Positions 1 to 6,673 of a DNA stretch of 64,000 nucleotides are shown piece by piece. Made by a program: the position numbers and the translations under genes. Location of the stretch: positions 3,028 to 67,027 of the forward strand of contig NZ_JAUYNV010000014.1 in the NCBI RefSeq assembly GCF_030698125.1. The letters run 5' to 3'. The notes under the pieces were generated by a model. It was not told the origin of the DNA, did no database searches, and saw only the letters and a program-made list of their open reading frames with translations. This DNA is from Methyloversatilis sp. Lineage in GTDB: Bacteria; Pseudomonadota; Gammaproteobacteria; Burkholderiales; Rhodocyclaceae. Every line of letters begins with the position of its first letter. Position 1 is the stretch's first letter.

Positions 1-481
1 GCAGCAGACCGGTGGAGATGACGAAACCAAGGCTGTACGTCAGCGCGCTGGCGCCCTCCGGCAGTTCCGCGCCGTGTGCGTGTCCATGAAAGATCGCGAA
101 CATCGCGGTGATCAGCGTGGCCAGCATCAGGGGCGGCCGCTGTTCCGTGAGCACCACGGCGCCGAGCACGATCGCCGAGGCGGCGATGCCGATCTCGACA
201 CCGGGCAGCGGAAAGCCGAGCAGGCCCATCAGACCGCCCAGCGCCATCATCAGCGGGAAGGCGACCGGCAGCACCCAGATGGCCGGCTGGCCGAGCACCG
301 CGCCCCACAGCCCGACGGCGACCATCGCCAGCAGGTGGTCCATGCCGGACACCGGATGCGTCAGGCCGGCGAGCAGGCCGGTCGCCTGCCCGGCTTCCTG
401 GTGCGCCAGTGCGAGCGCCGGGGTGAGTGCGACCAGCAGTGCGGCAGTACGCAGAAAAAGACTGAACGGAGTGGTTTTCAT
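1..481 (-). CDS. hupE: HupE/UreJ family Ni/Co transport membrane protein (C-terminal part lies outside the window)
   Basis: Not in the ORF track because it runs off the left edge. My reverse-strand translation from ATG 481-479 gives MKTTPFSLFLRTAALLVALTPALALAHQEAGQATGLLAGLTHPVSGMDHLLAMVAVGLWGAVLG...AIFHGHAHGAELPEG: a signal peptide plus the HP-x-x-G-x-DH and HGHAHG motifs typical of HupE/UreJ. The start overlaps the upstream stop (ATGA, 478-481). Confidence 0.8.
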   Translation of the reverse strand, partial: MKTTPFSLFLRTAALLVALTPALALAHQEAGQATGLLAGLTHPVSGMDHLLAMVAVGLWGAVLGQPAIWVLPVAFPLMMALGGLMGLLGFPLPGVEIGIAASAIVLGAVVLTEQRPPLMLATLITAMFAIFHGHAHGAELPEGASALTYSLGFVISTGLL

Positions 482-1458
482 GTGATGACCTTCAACAGGA
501 TGGCGACGCGCTGCAGGGTCCAGAACGCGCCCATTGACCCGACCACATAGCCGGGCAGCCGCTGCAGCATTTCATTGCGCTCGAGCTGCAGCAAACGGAT
601 CGACCGTGCAAGCAGCAGCATGCCGACGACGAAGCCAAGCTGCCCGACTTCGACGCCGACATTGAACATCAGCAGCGCCAGCGGGATTTCGCTTTCCGGC
701 AGACCGAGTTGCGCCAGACCGCTGGCGAAACCGAAACCGTGCAGCAGACCGAACGCAAAGGCCACCACCCACGGATTGCGGATGGTGAAGCTCGACTGGC
801 CGCGCCAGGTGCGGGCGACTTCCAGTCCGAGGAACAGGATGGACAAGGCGATGCTGGCATTCAGCGGAGCCTCCGCCACATGCACGATGCCGAAGGTGGC
901 CGCGGCCAGCGTGATGCTGTGGGCCACGGTGAAGGCGGTGATCGTCTTCACCAGCGTCCAGCGATTACCGACCAGCAGCAGCAGGCCGAGCACGAACAGC
1001 AGGTGATCGATGCCGAGCAGGATGTGCTCGACGCCCAGATAGATGTAGGAGGCGACGCCATCGGCGTCGGTCTGGCCGACACCGCCGATGCGCGCCGTCT
1101 TCTGCGCCGAGCTGATGGTATAGACCTTGAATGGCGCCTCGAGCCAGTACAGCTTGACCAGCACGGCCGAATACGTCTTGCCTATGCCTTCTATCGTGAG
1201 CTTGCCGCGCAGCCCTTCCTTGCCGCAGCGGAGCAACTGCCCTTCGGCGGCGCATCCTTCGGGCCAGGTCGGCGTCAGTTCCTCGCTGGCTGGCACTTTG
1301 CCGCTGGCCGACCACTGCCACAGAAAATCCGTGGTCGTGAGCTGACGCAGCTCCATTTCGGCGATGCTCAGTTCGTGTGCCTGCGCACTGCCGAAAAGCA
1401 GTGCAAGGAACAGTGCACACACAGTGCGCATCAATGCAAGAGGATGGACGCGCCTCAT
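478..1458 (-). CDS. HupE/UreJ_2-type membrane protein with an extra N-terminal periplasmic domain
   Basis: 326-aa ORF with a signal peptide (ALFLALLFGSAQA) and a ~130-aa soluble part. These are followed by GVEHILLGIDHLLFVLGLLLL, TVAHSITL and LHGFGFA helices typical of the second HupE/UreJ family. ATGA overlaps at both ends (1455-1458, 478-481). Confidence 0.7.
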   Translation of the reverse strand: MRRVHPLALMRTVCALFLALLFGSAQAHELSIAEMELRQLTTTDFLWQWSASGKVPASEELTPTWPEGCAAEGQLLRCGKEGLRGKLTIEGIGKTYSAVLVKLYWLEAPFKVYTISSAQKTARIGGVGQTDADGVASYIYLGVEHILLGIDHLLFVLGLLLLVGNRWTLVKTITAFTVAHSITLAAATFGIVHVAEAPLNASIALSILFLGLEVARTWRGQSSFTIRNPWVVAFAFGLLHGFGFASGLAQLGLPESEIPLALLMFNVGVEVGQLGFVVGMLLLARSIRLLQLERNEMLQRLPGYVVGSMGAFWTLQRVAILLKVIT

Positions 1459-2417
1459 TTCGGGCCGGTTTCCTGCCGGATGGTGTATTTGCGAGCCTGA
1501 CTGCGTACCGCTTCGGTGCGCAGTTCGGCCATCACCTGGTCGGTCCAGTCCTGCAGCACGACGTTGCGCACCGTTTCATAATCGGCAGTCTTTCCAGGCG
1601 TCATGGCCGTCACGCGGATCGCGTGCCAGCCATCCTTGGCCTGCAGCGCAACCCATTCGTCCGGGCCGGCTTTCTTCAAGGATTCGGTGAACGCCTCGCC
1701 ATAGGTCTGCACGATGGTCGGTTCCGGCCGGGTCGTGAATACGCGCAGGCCTGCCTGAAGGTCGTCGGGCGGGCTGCCGGCATTCAGCGCCGCGACGAAG
1801 GCGCGCATCGGCGCCTCGCTGGTGTCGCCCGCGAGCACCGCTTCCTGGAAGTCGTAGCGGGCCGGTTCATCGTATTTGTCCCGGCGCTTGTCGAACCAGG
1901 CACGCAGCATGTCGTCATCGAACGGCGGCCGCTTCAGGCTGGCTTCGATGATGCTCAGCGCCTTGAAGACGACACGCTCGCGTATGTTCTCGTCGCCCCT
2001 GTCGACCTGCAGGGCCAGCCCTTCGCGATACAGCACCTCATTGTCGATCCAGTTCTGACGCAGCGACTGCAGTTCGGCTTCGGTGGGTACGCGCCCGCGC
2101 GAGGCCTGAAAAAGTTCTACCGCATGCTGATCGACCGCGGCGTCGACGACGATGACTTTCGGGTTGTATTCCTTTCCGGACATCGCGTAATCGATGCCGA
2201 AAATCAATGCGCCGAGGATGAGAAAGTGCAGCAGCGGGTCGCGCAGCCAGCCGTTGCCGGCTCGACTCGGAGTGACGGGGGCCGCTGTGCGGGCGCCGGC
2301 GTCGGGATGGGGCGTGGACAAGGGTGTTCTCGTAAGCGGGTGAGTCGGTCGCGTGAAACGCGCCGCGAATGCGGGCGACAGTGGCCGACAACAACGAAAG
2401 AAGGCGCCGCGCATCAC
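1455..2417 (-). CDS. membrane-anchored PpiC/rotamase-like (peptidyl-prolyl isomerase family) protein; start codon uncertain
   Basis: 320-aa ORF with one TM helix (LLHFLILGALIFGIDY) followed by a soluble domain. It resembles the PF13145-type PPIase-like proteins from memory only. The Arg/Pro-rich N-terminal ~50 aa may be an over-extension. The stop overlaps the next start (ATGA). Confidence 0.45.
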   Translation of the reverse strand: MMRGAFFRCCRPLSPAFAARFTRPTHPLTRTPLSTPHPDAGARTAAPVTPSRAGNGWLRDPLLHFLILGALIFGIDYAMSGKEYNPKVIVVDAAVDQHAVELFQASRGRVPTEAELQSLRQNWIDNEVLYREGLALQVDRGDENIRERVVFKALSIIEASLKRPPFDDDMLRAWFDKRRDKYDEPARYDFQEAVLAGDTSEAPMRAFVAALNAGSPPDDLQAGLRVFTTRPEPTIVQTYGEAFTESLKKAGPDEWVALQAKDGWHAIRVTAMTPGKTADYETVRNVVLQDWTDQVMAELRTEAVRSQARKYTIRQETGPK

Positions 2418-2503
2418 GCGCAGCGCCCCGGGGGCAACAAGGCCGTCGAATCACCTGCGACTCAACGGAATATCCGCTCGGCCTGTTGCATCAGATAGCT
2501 TTA

Positions 2504-3106
2504 TCAGCTCTTGCGACGTGCACCAATCAGTACAGCGGCCAGACCGAGCGACAGCAACAGGGCCTGCGTCGGCTCCGGCACGGCGCTGATGGTCAGGTTG
2601 TCGATGCCGGCATTGACGGCGCTGCCAAAGGCGATCGACTTCGCGACGCCGTTGAAGGACGTCGAAGTGAAGTTCCAGTTGCAGTAGGGCGAATCGCTGC
2701 AGCCGATCTGGGCGTTATTCACCAGCACGAAGGCCGACAGCAGGGTGCCCGTGCCATTGAGGCCGGAATACACACCGATGATCGCCGGTTCCGCTTCGGC
2801 CGTGGAGTAAGAGAACGACGCGCCGGTGAAGCCCATGGCGAAGTTCATCGTTGCATCCGCGCCGACCACGGTCATGACGCCGACGGGCGACGGCGAATTG
2901 GAGAAGTAGGGGCCCAGTTTGTCGTTCTGGATGGCCAGGGCGTCGAGGCCGAAGGACACGCCGAGTGCTTCCACGGCGCCGTTGTAGTACTCGCCGATCG
3001 AATCGAAGCTGGCCGGGCCGTCGAAATCGACGAGCACGTCAGCGGCGAAAGTCGGGGCGCTGACGATGAAGCCAGCGGCCAGCAGGGAGGCCAGTTTAAA
3101 GTTCAT
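2504..3106 (-). CDS. small secreted PEP-CTERM sorting-domain protein
   Basis: 200 aa with a signal peptide (MNFKLASLLAAGFIVSAPTFA). The C-terminus is ...IDNLTISAVPEPTQALLLSLGLAAVLIGARRKS, i.e. VPEP motif + TM helix + basic tail, which is the PEP-CTERM/exosortase signal. Confidence 0.85.
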   Translation of the reverse strand: MNFKLASLLAAGFIVSAPTFAADVLVDFDGPASFDSIGEYYNGAVEALGVSFGLDALAIQNDKLGPYFSNSPSPVGVMTVVGADATMNFAMGFTGASFSYSTAEAEPAIIGVYSGLNGTGTLLSAFVLVNNAQIGCSDSPYCNWNFTSTSFNGVAKSIAFGSAVNAGIDNLTISAVPEPTQALLLSLGLAAVLIGARRKS

Positions 3107-3136
3107 TTCAATACTCCAGATTTGGGATCAACAGTG

Positions 3137-3164
3137 ACTGCGCCACCCATCCGGGCGGCGCAGT
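3137..3164 (-). terminator. GC-rich intercistronic hairpin without U-tract, between the PHP-type enzyme gene and the PEP-CTERM gene
   Basis: ACTGCGCC(A)CCC-atcc-GGG(C)GGCGCAGT: 8 bp perfect outer arms plus 3 inner bp, 10 nt after the stop at 3174. No T run follows on the sense strand, so it may be an attenuator or stabiliser rather than a full terminator. Confidence 0.4.
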
Positions 3165-3173
3165 CTCACTTCA

Positions 3174-5396
3174 TTACTTCACGCCGGCAACCGTGGTCGA
3201 ACGTGCAACTTCGATGAAGATCGGGTTGCTGTAGAACCACAGGTCGGCCCAGCCTGCCACGTCGTAGGACAGCATCTTCTGGCCATCAACCACCGCCAGA
3301 TGGTTCGGGCAACCGTCGATCTTCGGCTGGCTCGCGGTGTAGGTGACACCGTTCGCCGGCACATTGCTGCCGGTCACCGTGCAGGGGATGGTCATCGGTG
3401 CGACGGCACGGTTGTCCGCGCTGTCGTTCGTATAGACGTCGGCCAGCGGGTTGCCGCTCGCGTCGGTTTCAAACGGCACGCCGGCCGGCAGGTTGGTGCC
3501 GCGCAGACGGATGTACTGCGAAGCCGACACGGCCGGAATGCGGAACACCATGGTCTTGTATTCCGGGTTGCCCGACACGGTGGCCCAGGTCGACTCGTTG
3601 AAAGTCTTGTACAGGGCAGCCGTCATGTTCTTCGCTGCGGCCGGCACACGAGCCATGTCCGGGTTCTGGATCCACTTGTCCGGCCATTCACCCGCATAGT
3701 CCGGGTTGCCCGGCTGCTTGTAGCCGGTGACCATGCCGCGGATCACATCCACGTGATCCAGCACCGGGGCATTCAACGGCTGATTGATGCCGACCTGTGC
3801 CAGTGACGGGTTGGCGAACGAGTAGGGCGAGAAATTGATGCCCGACGGATCGCGTACCACGATTGCCACGACGATTTCAGCACCCGGACGCACCTTCAGC
3901 TTTTCGCCCATGGTGGCGCAACCGGCAACGTCGGTGTCGGTGTTCGTCATGGCAGCGTTGGTGGCCAGCGCTTCGACGGCCGCATCGCTGCGGAAGCCGA
4001 AACCCTTGTACGACGCGCAGGCAACGAAGGCCACGCGATCGACCAGTTGTCCCGACGCTGCAAAGCTGTTGCCGCTGCGCAGGCCGTCGACGATGGTTTG
4101 CGGACGCATCTTGTCAGCACCGGTACGCACCATGACGTAGTCACGCTGGTATTCGCCCGGCCAGTAATCCTGGGTCGTGCGCACGTCGTGGGTGCCGAAA
4201 TCGCCACGGTTGTGCCAGTCGGAGCTGGCGAAGAACCACCAGTTGCGACCTTCGCCCAGCAGCGCATCCCACACGCCGCCGATCTGCGCTGCATAGACAC
4301 CGGTGCCACCCCAGGTGGTGCCGCCGACCGAGTCGCGACGTCCGAGGGCGCTGCCAAAGTTGTTGCGGTTCGGGCGGTATTCGCCGCGGTCGCTCGATGC
4401 GCCGTGACCCGGCTGGCTTTCAAAACCGAAGGCAATCATCGGGCCTGCGTTGTTCATATTGCGCAGGTGCTCGACGTTGAAGCCATTGCTGCCATTCGGG
4501 TTGAACGGGCCGGCACGCTCCAGGTGGGCGGGCACGTAGTAGCTGGCGTTCGGGTGATACGCAGCCATCCACTTGATGCCTTCAACCGTCTTCAGGTGAC
4601 CATTCAGACCGCTGTTGTTGGTCAGCTTGGCGGCCGTGGCATTCCAGTTCGGGTCGGCGGCGTTCATGCTGCCGGGTACCGAGCACTCCCAACCCTGACC
4701 ACCGCCACGGCTGTTGTCGGTGTCGCCACGGTCGAAGCAGTAGGTCCATTGCGACAGCGCGTTGGCGTTGCCCAGCGGGGTGTAGCCCGGGCCGGACGGC
4801 AGGGCGACATTGTCGAGGGCTGTCGGAAGTTGTCCGGTGATGACGCCCATCGAAGTGTGCTCGTGGCCGGACACCACCGATTCCACGCCCAGGAACGTCG
4901 GCACGCCCTTCAATGCGGTCAGGTATTCAGCGACCGGATACTGGAATTCCTGCACGGACTGCCAGCGCCACATGCGCGGGTTGGCCTGCGCGTTCAGCGG
5001 GGTGCCGTTGGCGGCATTGCCCTTGACTGCGGCCGCGCCGATGGTGTCTGCCCAGGTGGTGTTCGGACCCTTGCCTTCGATGAACGGGTATGCCGGCGTG
5101 GCGACCGTCTCGTCTTCTACCAGCGTGCAGTTGCGGTTGCCGTTGCCGCCGTGACCGGCTTGAACGAACCAGTCCAGACCCCAGGGCGTTTCGACCTTGT
5201 CGGTCGACTTCTTGATCTTCGTCTGCATCGAGGTCGAGCCATCGGAGCAGGTGCTGTGATTGTGGAAGTCGCCGGACATGTAGGTGCCGGCTGTCTTGCC
5301 GGCGCTGGCCACGCCAGGCGCCATGCCGATGGCCACTGCGCTGAGCGCCATGGCGACGGCCGAAGCAACCGGAGTCATTTTCGTTTTGAACATCAT
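3174..5396 (-). CDS. large secreted PHP-domain-like metal-dependent (phospho)esterase, function unproven
   Basis: Start moved to ATG 5396, which has a GAGAGGA RBS 9 nt upstream. Signal peptide: MMFKTKMTPVASAVAMALSAVAIGMAPGVASA. The motif GDFHNHSTCSDGS follows (H-x-H...D of the polymerase/histidinol-phosphatase fold), and a later VSGHEHTS. ~740 aa. Confidence 0.5.
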   Translation of the reverse strand: MMFKTKMTPVASAVAMALSAVAIGMAPGVASAGKTAGTYMSGDFHNHSTCSDGSTSMQTKIKKSTDKVETPWGLDWFVQAGHGGNGNRNCTLVEDETVATPAYPFIEGKGPNTTWADTIGAAAVKGNAANGTPLNAQANPRMWRWQSVQEFQYPVAEYLTALKGVPTFLGVESVVSGHEHTSMGVITGQLPTALDNVALPSGPGYTPLGNANALSQWTYCFDRGDTDNSRGGGQGWECSVPGSMNAADPNWNATAAKLTNNSGLNGHLKTVEGIKWMAAYHPNASYYVPAHLERAGPFNPNGSNGFNVEHLRNMNNAGPMIAFGFESQPGHGASSDRGEYRPNRNNFGSALGRRDSVGGTTWGGTGVYAAQIGGVWDALLGEGRNWWFFASSDWHNRGDFGTHDVRTTQDYWPGEYQRDYVMVRTGADKMRPQTIVDGLRSGNSFAASGQLVDRVAFVACASYKGFGFRSDAAVEALATNAAMTNTDTDVAGCATMGEKLKVRPGAEIVVAIVVRDPSGINFSPYSFANPSLAQVGINQPLNAPVLDHVDVIRGMVTGYKQPGNPDYAGEWPDKWIQNPDMARVPAAAKNMTAALYKTFNESTWATVSGNPEYKTMVFRIPAVSASQYIRLRGTNLPAGVPFETDASGNPLADVYTNDSADNRAVAPMTIPCTVTGSNVPANGVTYTASQPKIDGCPNHLAVVDGQKMLSYDVAGWADLWFYSNPIFIEVARSTTVAGVK

Positions 5397-5485
5397 GTGT
5401 CGAGATCCTCTCAGGAAGTACAAAGGGCTATCCGTTGCGCTGGCACAAAATAAACACCAGCCTGGGGCGATTGTCCCGGCCCAAG

Positions 5486-5503
5486 ATGACCCCGATGTGT
5501 CGC
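5486..5503 (-). promoter_or_regulatory. weak Pho-box-like direct repeat upstream of the PHP-type enzyme gene
   Basis: The sense strand reads GCGACAC-ATCG-GGGTCAT (7-4-7 spacing, 9/14 matches to E. coli CTGTCAT-AWAW-CTGTCAY), 90-107 nt upstream of the start. The distance is similar to the boxes at the other three phosphoesterase genes. Confidence 0.25.
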
Positions 5504-6045
5504 GTACCTATAGTCCGTTGGCCGAAAGGCGTAGTCCGGGCGACCCGCTGGTCCGGACCGGCACGCAGAATTCAACGGGCGCCGATTGCCGAAAATCGCG
5601 AGCAGCAAAGGCGCTTGCCCGCCTCCTGTGCAAATCTGAGGCAGATGCGTGCCCGCGTATTGCCGCCTCGTTTTCGACCTTCTGTTTCACACCGTTCGAT
5701 TTTTCTTCACACGCACTGTAGCCAGCGTCCGTGATGATTTGATGACGAGCCAGGCGCGGGTGTTTTCGACCTGACGCCGCGGGCGTGGCACGGGGGCCAG
5801 GCGTCGATATCGACAGACCCGGGCGTCCATCACGAAGCTGTCACGTGCCGCGCGTACCGTGTGGCACCGCGTTTTTCGACCGACGGTCAGGTCGATGCGC
5901 TGCCGGCTTTCTTGATGACGGCGAAGGTCGCACGCACGAGGGTGTCGCAAGCTCCCGGCGCGGTTCGATGCGGCAGTCTGCGATCCGGCGATTGACCCAC
6001 TGCGGCTTCATTCATGGTTTTTCTTCATTTCCCTCCTTGGCGCAC

Positions 6046-6672
6046 ATGCACAGCGAAGTTTTCGGCCTTTTCCCCACCCCTGTGATGCGCGTGCAGGCTG
6101 CCCTCGACGCGGAACTGGTCCGCGGTCTGGTGGACCATTTCACGGCCCAGGCCATCCAGGCGAACAACACATCGTCCAACCTGACCCACACCGCCATGCT
6201 GAAGCCGGGCGACAGTCCGCTGCTGGTGGAAGCGGCGCGCGTGCTGACGCCGCGATTGAGCGAGTTCGGCGCGCTGCTGTTCGGTGAGCAGATGCCCTGG
6301 TCGCTGAAGGAAATGTGGGTGAATGTGATGGACCAGGGCGGCTACCAGGCCATGCACAACCACGCGAACAGCTTCATTTCCGGCGTCGTTTACCTCACGC
6401 CCGTTCACCCGGATTCGCGCACCGTGCTGATGAAATCGCCCGGCGGGTCGGAGTTTTCCTTCAAGAACGACCACAAGGGCATCGCCGTCGGGCCGTACAA
6501 CGCCGAACGATGGGTCAGCCCCCAGCCCGAACCGGGCGATCTGGTCATGTTTCCGAGCTATCTGATGCACTCGGTTCCCCATAACGTGGGCGGGCGACGC
6601 ATCACCATGCCGTTCAACGCCATTCCGGCCAGCCTCGATTCCTGGGGCTACAGGATTGCCTTCAGCGGCTGA
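6046..6672 (+). CDS. 2OG-Fe(II) oxygenase-like protein of the TIGR02466 / 2OG-FeII_Oxy_5 type (uncharacterised family)
   Basis: The track ORF 5785-6672 was trimmed to ATG 6046 (MHSEVFGLFPTPVMRV...). Motifs: WVNVMDQGGYQAMHNH...SGVVYL and GDLVMFPSYLMHSVPHN (H-x-H/D...H facial-triad-like). The N-terminal extension in the track is Arg/Gly-rich junk. Confidence 0.6.
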   Translation: MHSEVFGLFPTPVMRVQAALDAELVRGLVDHFTAQAIQANNTSSNLTHTAMLKPGDSPLLVEAARVLTPRLSEFGALLFGEQMPWSLKEMWVNVMDQGGYQAMHNHANSFISGVVYLTPVHPDSRTVLMKSPGGSEFSFKNDHKGIAVGPYNAERWVSPQPEPGDLVMFPSYLMHSVPHNVGGRRITMPFNAIPASLDSWGYRIAFSG

Positions 6673-6673
6673 C

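Noticed and set aside
5424-5660. Possible riboswitch (e.g. cobalamin or Ni/Co) in the leader of the PHP-type/HupE gene string.
   Set aside because: I could not find a B12 box or any other class-defining conserved core on either strand. Only generic GC hairpins are present. An Infernal/Rfam scan is needed to settle it.
5786-5867. TGGCAC at 5786-5791 and 5862-5867 in the long intergenic region.
   Set aside because: No TTGC-like -12 element occurs at the right spacing (they read CCAGG and TTTTC), and both are more than 180 nt from the nearest start codon.
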